From Longimicrobiales bacterium (GTDB lineage Bacteria; Gemmatimonadota; Gemmatimonadetes; Longimicrobiales; Gaopeijiaceae): a stretch of 64,000 nucleotides of DNA. Below, one piece after another: positions 19,475 through 29,700 of this stretch. The notes beneath the pieces are model-generated. The model saw only the letters and a list, made by a program, of their open reading frames with translations, was not told where the DNA came from and made no database searches. How positions within the stretch are numbered: position 1 is the stretch's first letter; every line of letters begins with the position of its first letter. The DNA lies in the NCBI GenBank assembly GCA_965248195.1, contig CBDFIQ010000002.1, positions 1,888,001 through 1,952,000 of the forward strand. Reading direction: 5' to 3'. A program made the position numbers and the translations under genes.

Positions 19475-20406
19475 TGGTGGCCTTCATCGACGATTACCGG
19501 CCCACGTACGGAGTCGAGCCGATCTGCGAGGTACTGCCGATCGCTCCGTCGACCTACTACACGCACAAGGCGATGCAGGCAGATCCGACGCTACGATCGG
19601 TCCGGGCTCAGCGCGACGAGATGCTGAAGCCGGAGATCCGTCGAGTGTGGATGCAGAACTTCCAGGTCTACGGGGCGAAGAAGGTGTGGAAGCAGCTGAA
19701 CCGGGAAGGCATCACCGTGGCTCGATGCACGGTGGCTCGGCTCATGAAGGAACTGGAGCTTTGTGGGGTTACGCGAGGGCGGCGCTTCAAGGTGACAACG
19801 CACACGGCGGAGGGCGACGAGCGCCCGCTGGACCTCGTGAACCGAGACTTCAGCGCGGCACGTCCCAACGAGCTGTGGGTCTCGGACCTCACGTACGTGC
19901 GGACGGGCCATGCGTTTGTCTTCGTGGCGTTCGTGATCGATGCGTTCAGCCGTCGCATCGTCGGATGGCGGGTCTCGAACTCATTACGCAGTGACTTAGC
20001 GCTCGACGCTCTCGAGCAGGCGATCTGTGAACGCGAGGACGACGCAGACAAGCGCCTGGTGCATCACAGCGACCGCAGGGGGCAGTACCTGTCTATCCGC
20101 TACACCGAGCGCCTGGCGTTGGCAGGCATCGAGCCGTCCGTAGGCAGCCGGGGGGATTCGTATGACAACGCCCTGGCCGAGACGATCATCGGACTCTACA
20201 AGACCGAGCTCATTCGTCCACGCGGTCCGTGGCGCACCCTCGAAGACATCGAGCTCGCCACCCTCGAATGGGTCTGGTGGTTCAATCACCATCGCCTCTT
20301 CGAGCCCCACGGCCATATCCCGCCGGCCGAGTACGAAGAGTTGTATTATTCGCGTCAGGACGCTCCAGGTGAGCCTCTGACACTCAAGTCAAACAGTCTC
20401 CGATGA
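19471..20406 (+). CDS. IS3 transposase OrfB (DDE)
   Basis: WVSDLTY, HHSD and DNALAE...YKTE motifs. Confidence 0.95.
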   Translation: MMVAFIDDYRPTYGVEPICEVLPIAPSTYYTHKAMQADPTLRSVRAQRDEMLKPEIRRVWMQNFQVYGAKKVWKQLNREGITVARCTVARLMKELELCGVTRGRRFKVTTHTAEGDERPLDLVNRDFSAARPNELWVSDLTYVRTGHAFVFVAFVIDAFSRRIVGWRVSNSLRSDLALDALEQAICEREDDADKRLVHHSDRRGQYLSIRYTERLALAGIEPSVGSRGDSYDNALAETIIGLYKTELIRPRGPWRTLEDIELATLEWVWWFNHHRLFEPHGHIPPAEYEELYYSRQDAPGEPLTLKSNSLR

Positions 20407-20422
20407 ACCCGGGGCGATTCAG

Positions 20423-20644
20423 TCGGTACTGGATAACCTTCGCGTCATCACAGGGATCGAAATCTTCCAAACCAACCAGCTCACCTGCTCGAACATGGCA
20501 ACCGGCGGGAACGTGGCGAATGCGAATATCGCTGATCCTGAGACGACGGATAGCGACGGGCAGATCAGCATCGTGGTGAGTGGCGGGAGCTACGTGGTGA
20601 GCTTGCCCGCAAGGGGGACCTCGCAGACCTTCTTGATCAACTAG
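20423..20644 (+). pseudogene. 3' fragment of an unknown gene
   Basis: Open frame SVLDNLRVITG...SQTFLIN* starting right at the IS right end. Confidence 0.5.
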
Positions 20645-20698
20645 TGAGTGCACGCTGAAGAGGCAGGCCGATACCGGCGGCGTTCTGAGGATGCAGAC

Positions 20699-21085
20699 AT
20701 GCGATTACTCGGCAACATTCTATGGTTTGTCTTGGGCGGCGGGATCATCGCGGGCCTTTCGTGGTTGCTGATGGGACTCTTTCTAGCGATGACGGTAGTC
20801 GGCATTCCGTTCGCAGTTGCGGCGTTCCGTATTGCAGGGTTTGCGGCCTTTCCGTTCGGGAGGGAACTCGTGGATGCGCGTATGGTCGGACAAGCACGAA
20901 TCCTTGGAACCGGGTTGACCAATCTCCTATGGATCGTTCTTGCCGGGATCTGGCTGACCATCGGACATGTGATCTTGGGTATGGCCCTTTGCCTGACGCT
21001 CATCGGCATCCCCTTCGGGTTGGCCCACTTCAAGCTCGCCAGCGTATCGTTCGCGCCGTTGGGGAAGCGCGTTGTTTCGACCTAG
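20699..21085 (+). CDS. YccF-domain inner membrane protein
   Basis: LGNILWF..GG, two GIPF repeats and P.GK motif. Confidence 0.92.
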   Translation: MRLLGNILWFVLGGGIIAGLSWLLMGLFLAMTVVGIPFAVAAFRIAGFAAFPFGRELVDARMVGQARILGTGLTNLLWIVLAGIWLTIGHVILGMALCLTLIGIPFGLAHFKLASVSFAPLGKRVVST

Positions 21086-21097
21086 TGGTAGTCGAGT

Positions 21098-21463
21098 ATG
21101 GAGCCTTCTGAACAGAAAGGGCTAGAGGCGGTGGAAGGCCTCTTGCGAGTCGCTGAGTTCGAGGATGAAATCAGTGCATTAGCACGGCAGCATCGTCGGG
21201 TTGAGGTGGGCGTTCTTGTTGGGGTGGTGCTGCTGGTCGGCTCGGCCATCGGGGTGTCGGTGGGTACCCCGGGGTGGGGATTCACCCTTCTGGGGGGACT
21301 CTTGTTCCTGCCCTGGTTCCTGCTAGCGAGCCGCGCCGAGATGCAGAGAATCACTGAGAGCGCCGAGGACCTTCTTCTCCAGGTCGAGGAGGTGAAGCAA
21401 CGGGGCGGTCTCTACACACCTGACGACGCCACGGTTGAGGCTAGGCCCCCAAGAGGGCTCTAA
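21098..21463 (+). CDS. Hypothetical two-TM protein
   Basis: ATG ORF with two hydrophobic helices directly after the YccF gene. Confidence 0.55.
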   Translation: MEPSEQKGLEAVEGLLRVAEFEDEISALARQHRRVEVGVLVGVVLLVGSAIGVSVGTPGWGFTLLGGLLFLPWFLLASRAEMQRITESAEDLLLQVEEVKQRGGLYTPDDATVEARPPRGL

Positions 21464-21506
21464 GGTTGCGTCTTAAGGTGCTCGTGGGCATGGTGATGCG
21501 CAGCAT

Positions 21507-22027
21507 CTATAAGGTGAAGGGAGTCAACAGGGCGTAGCCCTCCCTTACCCGTCCGGGGTCCCGGAGGGGTGGCTCGGTCCACTGGTCTGTAGCTCAAGGC
21601 CTGCGTCCGTTTTTCATCCTTCAGTACCAACGTCGCGTCCGATCTTGGGTGAGTCTCCTCTCACGAGGAACTCAGGCATCTATTCAGGTTTCATCCCAGC
21701 GCGGGGATGTCCGAAGATCTGCTATGCGAGCGAGGGGGGCTCAATCAGAATCTGAGGGTCGTCGTGCGACATGCTGCGCGCGGAGCTCACCCCTGTCGTG
21801 GTACGGTCCATCATCGTGTGTCATCTCAGTTTGATCGAGCCACGGGTTCATCGTGCCAGACCTCACCCGTACGGAGCATCGCGTGCACAGCACGAGCGAG
21901 GCGCCGAGCGGTAGCGACCCGAGCGACCTGCCACCCGAGCCGTTGCCTGATCAGTTCGTACGACTGTGATAGCCAGCTGTCGGGCGCGTGAGTGACGTGG
22001 CTCACGACGGTCCGGACGAAGGTGCCC
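21507..22027 (-). mobile_element. IS110/IS1111-family remnant (transposase C-terminus plus 3' non-coding end)
   Basis: Manual translation of 22027-21826: GTFVRTVVSH...ARVATARRLARAVHAMLRTGEVW...*; about 320 bp non-coding tail ending GTTGACTCCCTTCACCTTATAG. Confidence 0.7.
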
Positions 22028-23403
22028 GGTCAAGTCCCGATTTGTGTGTAAAAGCGGAGGAAGCTCCTCGCCTTCGGCTAGGCTGCTTGGGCGACCTCCT
22101 GTTTCTGGAGGAGTGAGAGGTCGAGGTAACGCCGGTCGCCCCAGACGTGTGTGGTCCTGAGTGCGACGGCCGTGATGAGCCTGAGGGCGCTGGCCCGGTC
22201 CGGGAAGGCGCCGGCGGCCTTGATCCTGCGTTTGATCTCGCCGTGCAGCCGCTCGAGGCTGTTGGTGGTACGCAGCCGGGGCCAGTGCGCCTCGGGGAAC
22301 GCGTAGAACTGCGTCGCTGCCCCGAAGCCCCGCTCCAGGACCTCCACGGCCTCGGGCAGCTCCTTCTTCCAGCGTGCGCCGAACTCGCCCAGGAGCTTCT
22401 TCGCCTCGGCGAGTCCGGATGTCTGGAAGATCACCGAGACCTCACGCGCCACGCGCTTGCGTAGGCGGTGGGGGACCCTCGCCCCCACATTACGCTGCAG
22501 ATGGACCGTACACCTCTGACGGCGTGCCTCGGGCAGGAAGCGGCGGACCGCAGCTGCCAGGCCTGCGTGCTCATCGGCGATCACGAGCTCGACACCGCCG
22601 AGGCCGCGGTCCTGGAGTTGCTCGAGGAGCTCCGACCAGCTCTGCTGCGACTCCTCAGCGCCCAGCGTGACGGCCAGGAGCCGTCGGTGACCCTCAGGGC
22701 CCACTGCATACGCCACGAGCGCACTCACGTTCTCGACTTTGCGGGCCCAGCGGGCGTCCAAGAACGTGGCGTCCAGGTACAGATAGGGGTGAGGCCCCTC
22801 GATCGGCGCACGGCGCAGCCCTTCCACGGCCTCGTCGAGCCGTTTTGCCACACGACTCACCGTCGAGCGCCCAACACGCTCGCCCATCAGCGCCTCGGTG
22901 ACGTCGCCCATCTTGCGCTGTGACACGCCGCTCACATACGCCTCGACCATCATCTCGTCGAGCTCGGGGCTCCTGCGCTGGTAGCGGCCGATCACGTCGG
23001 CCGGCGAACCGTTGTCCCGGCTCCGGGGCATGGCGACCTCGATCTGCCCCAGGCTCGTCAGCAGCCGCCTCAGGTATGTGCCGTTCCTATGGTCCTTCCG
23101 GCTTCCCACCCGCTCGAAGCGGCGTGCACCTACCATGGCCTTCAGCTCCTCTTCCAGCACCATCTCGAGCGTCAGCCGGATCGCGCCTTGAAACAGCTCG
23201 CGCAAATCATCGCGTAGCTCGTCTTGCGTGGCCCGACCGATCTCCACAATCTCTTGCATCGGAAGCTCCTCTCCGGTTCCGAGCCTGCTCTGCAGACCCG
23301 GACTCCCGGGTTCATGTGACAGTGAACAACAACAGAGGAGCTTCCGTTTTTCTTTCCCTCCTGTCCAGCTTATCCGCTTTTACACAAATCTAGGGACACT
23401 ACC
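22028..23403 (-). mobile_element. IS256-family insertion sequence
   Basis: Imperfect 31-bp IRs GGTCAAGTCCCGATTTGTGTGTAAAAGCGGA and (rev-comp) GGTAGTGTCCCTAGATTTGTGTAAAAGCGGA; no target duplication. Confidence 0.9.
22078..23259 (-). CDS. IS256 transposase
   Basis: RNGTY, YLDA, IADEHAGL, QRC.VH and TTNSLERLHGEIKRR motifs. Confidence 0.95.
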   Translation of the reverse strand: MQEIVEIGRATQDELRDDLRELFQGAIRLTLEMVLEEELKAMVGARRFERVGSRKDHRNGTYLRRLLTSLGQIEVAMPRSRDNGSPADVIGRYQRRSPELDEMMVEAYVSGVSQRKMGDVTEALMGERVGRSTVSRVAKRLDEAVEGLRRAPIEGPHPYLYLDATFLDARWARKVENVSALVAYAVGPEGHRRLLAVTLGAEESQQSWSELLEQLQDRGLGGVELVIADEHAGLAAAVRRFLPEARRQRCTVHLQRNVGARVPHRLRKRVAREVSVIFQTSGLAEAKKLLGEFGARWKKELPEAVEVLERGFGAATQFYAFPEAHWPRLRTTNSLERLHGEIKRRIKAAGAFPDRASALRLITAVALRTTHVWGDRRYLDLSLLQKQEVAQAA

Positions 23404-23706
23404 ATCACACCGTGGGTGTTCCATTACCGAGGCAAACGCCTGAATGACTTCCGTCGGACGTGGAACGCCGCCTGTGAGAACGCCGGAGTGCCGGGCACCG
23501 TTTTCCACGATCTTCGCCGCACTGCGGTTCGGAACCTTGAGCGCGCCGGAGTCTCACGGTCCGTTGCCATGAAGATCACTGGACACAAGACCGAGGCCGT
23601 TTATCGCCGCTACGCCATCGCAGATCAGCGTAGCCTGGAGGAGGGCCTAGAGAAGCTCGCAACCTTCAGAGCGGCACAATCACGGCACAATGAGGCCAAA
23701 GCGTAG
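23404..23706 (+). pseudogene. Tyrosine integrase, C-terminal fragment
   Basis: HDLRRT, TGH and catalytic Y (YRRY) present; N-terminus lost at the IS256 end. Confidence 0.88.
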
Positions 23707-23775
23707 TCAGTGGCGGCTGAAACGGAGGCAAGACGAATCCGCCTAATTCCCTGCCCTGCCGAACCTTACATAAAG

Positions 23776-23858
23776 TGCCGGGGGTGGGAATCGAACCCAC
23801 ATGGGATTTCTCCCGAGGGATTTTAAGTCCCTTGCGTCTACCATTCCGCCACCCCGGC
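23776..23858 (-). tRNA. tRNA-Leu(TAA)
   Basis: GCCGGGG acceptor stem, AGGGA-CTTAAAA-TCCCT anticodon arm, long variable arm, GTTCGATT T-loop; CCA not encoded. Confidence 0.97.
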
Positions 23859-24010
23859 CGAACAACCATCATTCTACGCTCCGACTGCTCGTTGCCGGAA
23901 GGGCACGAAGTTTTGCCCCACCCGAACCCGGCCTCTAGGTTTCGCTCGGGTCAGGGACGCGGCACACCAACGATGGAGAGGCACCCGCCATGGCGCTCTC
24001 TAGAGGAAAT

Positions 24011-24148
24011 GTGAGTCGAGAGTCACTACGCTCCGGACTCGTCGCTCTGGTTCTCGCCGGCTGCATGGGCGACGATTGGCCCGCGCCCCCGCCCGTGTCC
24101 TTCGACGAATTTGCACAGGAGCATCAGGAGTGGCGCGGCTCGCCGTGA
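24011..24148 (+). pseudogene. Short lipoprotein ORF or truncated lipoprotein gene
   Basis: GAGG SD + GTG; MSRESLRSGLVALVLAGC lipobox; stop after 45 aa. Confidence 0.45.
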
Positions 24149-24179
24149 CGGCCGGCGAAAAAGGACCGGTCGAGCCGGC

Positions 24180-24611
24180 TCACTGATCGCCCGGTTCGCT
24201 TGGCCCCATCTGGACTCTCACAGTCAGGAACCAAACGATGGCTGCCGCAGCGGCGACGTGCATCAGCATGAGCACCCCGACCCCTGTAGGGGTTACCCCC
24301 GGGAAGGCAGCAGCTCCGTCGCCCAGAAGCAACATGTCTGGCAGGAACGACAGCAGCAGAACCCCAAGGGCAATCCAACGAAAGAGATACTCGGGCCTAT
24401 CCGCACGTCGACGAACGACCCCGAAGACGGCGGTCGCTCCGAGCGCGCCCACAGCTGTGAAGAAGATTGTCGGGGCCGGTCCCGCCAAGGGGGGAAACTC
24501 GGTCGGAATGTCGAGAGTGGCTAAGGCGGCCCAACGAACCGCGAGCGTCGCGATGATCGACCCGACAAGCCCCTTGAGCCCACGCGCCCACAGCCTGTCT
24601 TTTGCCGTCAT
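24180..24611 (-). CDS. Hypothetical four-TM membrane protein
   Basis: Four hydrophobic helices; FPPL, SFLPD and LMH motifs. Confidence 0.7.
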   Translation of the reverse strand: MTAKDRLWARGLKGLVGSIIATLAVRWAALATLDIPTEFPPLAGPAPTIFFTAVGALGATAVFGVVRRRADRPEYLFRWIALGVLLLSFLPDMLLLGDGAAAFPGVTPTGVGVLMLMHVAAAAAIVWFLTVRVQMGPSEPGDQ

Positions 24612-24731
24612 GTCGATAGTTCCCGAAGATGTGGCATTGAGAATGGGAAGTCATAACCGGCGTAGAAGATTTCGGTCAAGCGGTCGGTTTCGTATGCTTA
24701 CCCAACCTTCGCGAGAGAGCACCACTGAACG

Positions 24732-25391
24732 ATGAATCCGGAGCGTTTCCAGAAGCTGGCTCGGGCCCTACGCAGGCGGCAGCCAGACCTGACTGTGCTG
24801 ATGGAGCGCGTCCATAAGAGCCACAATCTTTCGGCCATCCTCCGTAACTGTGACGCGGTGGGAGTGTTGGAGGCTCACGCGATCCCCCCCGAGGAGGGCC
24901 TTCAGATTCATTTCCATACCTCGGCGGGGACGGCCAAGTGGGTTCGATTGGTCAGGCACCGCACCATCCAAGCGGCGATCGAGGAATTGAAGGGCCGCGG
25001 TTTCCGAGTGCTGGCTGCAAATCCCGGTCCCGATGCCGTCGATTTTCGAGAGGTGGACTACACAGTACCCACCGCCCTGATGATGGGGGCGGAGCTTCTG
25101 GGCCTGAGCGACGAGGCACTCGCGTTGGCGGATCTACGGATTTCGATCCCGATGGTGGGAATGGCCCAATCGTTCAACGTTTCAGTCGCTTCTGCGCTCC
25201 TGCTATTCGAAGCGTTTCGCCAACGTGATGCCGCCCAAATGTACGACGAATCCCGGATCGACCCCGAGGATATGGAGCGGATTCTGTTCGAGTGGGCGTA
25301 CCCGCGTATAGCCCGCCACTGCCGGGACCGGGGCACACCCTACCCGTCGCTCGGGCAGGACGGAGGCCTGCCGAAGATCTCCTTCGAGTAG
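24732..25391 (+). CDS. trmH: tRNA (guanosine-18-2'-O)-methyltransferase
   Basis: RRQPDLTV, HNLSAILR, GAE..G, IPMVG...S.NVSVA and LFEWAYP motifs. Confidence 0.93.
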   Translation: MNPERFQKLARALRRRQPDLTVLMERVHKSHNLSAILRNCDAVGVLEAHAIPPEEGLQIHFHTSAGTAKWVRLVRHRTIQAAIEELKGRGFRVLAANPGPDAVDFREVDYTVPTALMMGAELLGLSDEALALADLRISIPMVGMAQSFNVSVASALLLFEAFRQRDAAQMYDESRIDPEDMERILFEWAYPRIARHCRDRGTPYPSLGQDGGLPKISFE

Positions 25392-25394
25392 CTG

Positions 25395-26777
25395 TCAACG
25401 TATCTCCCGCCCTAATTGGTGGCGCAGGGACTCCTCCAGTCCCGGATACATGAACTCGAAGCCCGTTGTCTCGGCCACCGCGGGCTGGACTCTCTGCCCT
25501 TGCAGCAGCATCTCCTTTCCCATCTCGCCAAACAGCGCATGGACCGCCAGACCGGGTACGGGGATGAGGGTCGGGCGCTCGAGTACGCGGCCGAGCGTCC
25601 CGGTGAAGGAAGCGTTCGGAACGGGATAGGGTGCCGTGGCATTCACGGCTCCACGGATCGACGGCGTATGGATGACGTGAATGATCAGGCTCAACAAATC
25701 GTCATGATCGATCCAACTCACGTACTGCCGCCCGCTCCCAAGCCGTCCACCTACGCCGATCTTGAAGGGGAGAAGCATGGTGCCGAGCGCGCCGCCCGCC
25801 GGCGTCAGCGTGAGGCCGGTCCGAAGGTTGACGACACGGATGCCCATCCGTGCCGCGGGACGCGCGGCCTCCTCCCACGCCCCGCAGAGCTCGGCAAGAA
25901 ATCCCCTCCCCTGCCTTGCACTCTCACTCAAGGGATTATTGCCGCGATTCCCGTAGAAGCCCACGGCCGAAGCAGACACCAGCACCCTGGGAGGCCGCCG
26001 AAGACTTGCCAACGCGCGTGAAAGGTGCGCCGTGCCCTCGACCCTGCTCGCCCAGATGCGCTTCTTTTTCTCTTCGGTCCAACGCAGGCCGAGTAGTGGC
26101 TCACCCGCCAGGTGTACGACCGCGTCGAGCTCCTCCAACCCCTCCTTCTCGACCGTGCCCTCGATCGGGTCCCAAAGCGCGTCTTGGGAAGTCTGCTCTT
26201 TCCGGCTCCGGATCAGGCGAACGACATGGTGGCCCCCGGTGGTGAGCACGTCGCAAAGGGCACGGCCGATGAGGCCACTCGAACCGGTCACGGCGATCCT
26301 CAGGGGTGTGCCATCCCCGTATCGCGAAATCCGGTCGAGGTCGTTCTGGAGCCGATGGTGTCGGAAGGTGAAGACCCGCTCCAGCTCCACCTCGACACTC
26401 GACCCGCCGAGCAGACGTCCGGCGGCGCCCACGGGCAACTCCCAATCGACATGGTCCTCCACGGTGCATCCGCCCTCGCTCTCCGGCTCGAAGCGATGGG
26501 TGTGGACCCATCGAGTGAACGGTCCCCGGACCTGCTCGTCACGGAAAAGGTGGTATAGCTCGAAATCAGTGTGCAGCACCTCGATCCGGATCTCGGTTGG
26601 ACCCCGCCGCACACGAAATGAGACCCGCCCGCCCGTGGCCGGAGTTCCTTCGCGGCTCTCGATCGTGACGCTTTCCCAGGGCGGGATGAGTCGCTCGAGG
26701 GCACCTGGGCGCATATGCCACGCGAACACGTCCGCAACCGCATGGTTCAAGCGGGTTCGGTGAACGAATTCAGGCAT
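25395..26777 (-). CDS. SRPBCC + TIGR01777-family epimerase/oxidoreductase fusion
   Basis: WH.RPGALERL.PPW N-domain; TGSSGLIG, SASAVGFYG and GSGRQYVSWI. Confidence 0.9.
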   Translation of the reverse strand: MPEFVHRTRLNHAVADVFAWHMRPGALERLIPPWESVTIESREGTPATGGRVSFRVRRGPTEIRIEVLHTDFELYHLFRDEQVRGPFTRWVHTHRFEPESEGGCTVEDHVDWELPVGAAGRLLGGSSVEVELERVFTFRHHRLQNDLDRISRYGDGTPLRIAVTGSSGLIGRALCDVLTTGGHHVVRLIRSRKEQTSQDALWDPIEGTVEKEGLEELDAVVHLAGEPLLGLRWTEEKKKRIWASRVEGTAHLSRALASLRRPPRVLVSASAVGFYGNRGNNPLSESARQGRGFLAELCGAWEEAARPAARMGIRVVNLRTGLTLTPAGGALGTMLLPFKIGVGGRLGSGRQYVSWIDHDDLLSLIIHVIHTPSIRGAVNATAPYPVPNASFTGTLGRVLERPTLIPVPGLAVHALFGEMGKEMLLQGQRVQPAVAETTGFEFMYPGLEESLRHQLGREIR

Positions 26778-26785
26778 GTCCCACG

Positions 26786-29700
26786 TCAATCGGCAGTGGG
26801 TGCCGCCTTGCTCGTACGGGATTCCATCGGGAAAAGCGTGGCGAGGAATGCCCGAACCCGCGGCATGAAGTTGTCATCCTTGATTACCACGGCGGATGCC
26901 TTGTCGGCCAATTGGGCCTCTTCCGCCGACGTGAGCCGTTTGCCGGTCATGGCGACGACGGGAAGACCCTTGTGATAACGGCTCTCGCGCATTCGGTCGA
27001 GGAATTCGAAGCCGTCCATCACCGGCATCCGCAAGTCCAGTAGGACCGCAGCGGGGGTGTCCCTTTCGAGAAAAAGTAGGGCCTCCTCTCCGTTCGACAC
27101 GCAGTGGACGTCTAGATCGTCCACCGCCAATCCCCTCTCGAGGAGCGTCTGAATGTCAGGATCGTCGTCGATCAGCAGTACCCTCCGCCCATGCTGATTC
27201 ACGAGCTGCCGCCACAAAATACGTAAGACGTCCGACCGCTCGATCGGCTTCGTCAGCAGATCCACCGCTCCAAAGAGTCGTCCTCGCCCCTCGTTGGCCG
27301 CGACGCTCGCGATGACCACCGGAATATGACTCACCTCCGGATCCGCCTTCAGCCTCCGCAGCACCTCCCAACCATCCACGTCGGGCATGTGTAGGTCGAG
27401 CATCACGAGATCCGGTCGGTGCGTCAGGACCATCTCGAGCCCCACGGTTCCCGATGAGGCCTGAAGAACCTCGCAACCGAAATCGGCGAGGTAGTCCTCC
27501 ATCAGTACGAGAGAGTCCGGGTCGTCGTCGATTGCCAGCACTTTGAAATGCTTGACCTCACCTCGCGCCTCACGCGGGCCAGTCTTTTCCTGCCCCGAAT
27601 TTCCCTTCCCGGAGCGAGTAGCCGCGTCGACATTGTCATCTGCAGCGGCCGCGCCAACCGTCAACGGCTCGACCTCTTCTCCATCGGGTCTCTGCGAACC
27701 CCGTTGGAGCGCGGTCTCCGAGGGGCTCCCAGAGCTCTCGAATGATGGAAAGACGATCTTGAACGTGGCGCCCTGGCCCACCTCACTCTCGACCGTGAGG
27801 TCGTACCCCATCAGGCGGCACATCGAGCGCGAGATCGCGAGGCCGAGGCCGGTGCCGCCGAACTGGCGTGTCGTCCCTGCTTCCGCCTGTTGAAACGCCT
27901 CGAAGATGGCCCCTAGGCGTTCCTTGGGAATCCCGATGCCGGTGTCAATGACGGAGACGCTAGTAGGCTGGCCAGTCGCCTCATTGATCTCGATCCGGAC
28001 CACGATCTCCCCCGACTCGGTGAACTTGAGCGCGTTTCCTACCAAGTTCACGATGACCTGCTTCAGCTTCGCGGGGTCTGTTTCGATTTCCTCCATCGTC
28101 TCGGGACCCTCAACGCGAACCTCCACCTCGGCCATACGGCTCCGAATCTGACCTTCGACGAGCGCCAACGCCTCATGAGCGAGGTTGCCGACGTCGACCG
28201 TCATGAGTTCCAGCTCCATGCGTCCGGACTCGACCTTTGCCAAATCGAGGATCTCGTTGATGAGCCCGAGTAGGTGGTTCCCATTGACCTGGATTCGATC
28301 CAGGAGGCCGAGCTCTGGGGACTTCAGGTTCTTCTTCTTGTTCTTCAGCAAGATGTTGGCGAAACCGATCACCGAGTTGAGCGGCGTACGCAACTCGTGG
28401 CTCATGTTCGCCAGAAACTGGCTCTTGGCCCGATTCGCGGCCTCCGCCTCGTTCTTGGCCGACACGAGATCCACCTCGGCCCGCCTCCGCCGCGTGATAT
28501 CCTTTCCGAACACCACAACTCCGGCCGAGTCTGCTTGGTCTCGGATCGGGCTGAAGAACAACTCGAGGTGTCGAAGCTCGCCATCCATCTCTTCGGAACG
28601 GATCTTGGACAAGCGCCCTGTCCTCATTACCTCGTCGTAAGCCTGTTGGAACCATATGGCTTGGTCGCTCGGATAAAGATCTTCCGGACCATCCCCTACG
28701 CTGGGCTCAAAACCCGTTCGCGACTCGACCGCCAGAGCGAAAGCAGCATTGAAGGTGATGAGTGCGTGATCGGAATTCACGGACCAGATCACGTCACCGG
28801 TACTTTCAACCAACGCATTGAGGTTGGCCCGTGAGCCCGCGAGCTCCCTCTCGGCCATGACGGTTTCAGTGACGTTCCGGATGATCGAGCGGACGGCCAC
28901 GACCTCTCCGCTGACCCGGCTGCAGTTGGCACTGATCGCACAGATGACGGGATCTCCGTCACCCGTATGTAACTCCGAGATGAAGCGCTCCATCGAGCCT
29001 CCCTCGGCGAGCCGCCGAAACGCTGTCTCGAGTTCGACCCGATTGGAGGGGCGAAGCAAGGAGTACAGGTTCTCACCCTTGACGGCCTCCTCCTCGAACC
29101 CGAACGTGGCCGTCCAAGCGCGATTGACGTAGGCCAGCGACCCCTCGGCATCGGTGATTTGAATAAGGTCGTTCGCGTTGTCGAGGAAGTCGCGAAGCCG
29201 CTGCTCGGTCTCGCCACGAACCTCCACCTCGCGAGCCATCGCGAGGTTCGTCTGGCGCACCGTCTCCAGTGCGGACGCCTCCGAGCGGAACGTCACGAAG
29301 ACGCTGATCATCAGCCCCGCCAGCACGCTCACGTCGGACCCGATCTTCAGGAGATGTGCGGCATCGGCGATTCCGTCGAACTCGCTCGTCGCGTACGCCA
29401 TATACATCCCGTGCAGGAAAACACTGATCATGAGCGAGATGAGCAGCCAATACTGGAAGGGTTCCGTGCGCCAATCTCCACGGCGGAGGTAACCCACCCA
29501 AGCGGCGAAGAAGAAGGTAGCCGGGATGAACTCGGCCGGCCGCCACACAACGAACTCGGGATTATACGCGGGGGGGAGGGGAAAGAAGGTGAACACCAGG
29601 AAGAAGGCGGTTGTCAAGACCGCGGCCAAGACGTAGACGAACAACTCCTGGGCGTGGGATGGCTCCGAATCGGATTCGTCCGACCCGAGAAAAACGCTCC

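Larger units (their letters stand above)
19104..20421 (+). mobile_element. IS3-family insertion sequence (IS51/IS6110-like)
   Basis: IRs TGAATCACCCCGGGTTTGCCGGAGACT and AGTCTCCGATGAACCCGGGGCGATTCA; orfA+orfB; no target duplication. Confidence 0.95.

Noticed and set aside
23776..23858. bldA-like regulation through rare TTA codons
   Set aside because: TTA codons occur in ordinary genes here, and one window cannot show a regulon
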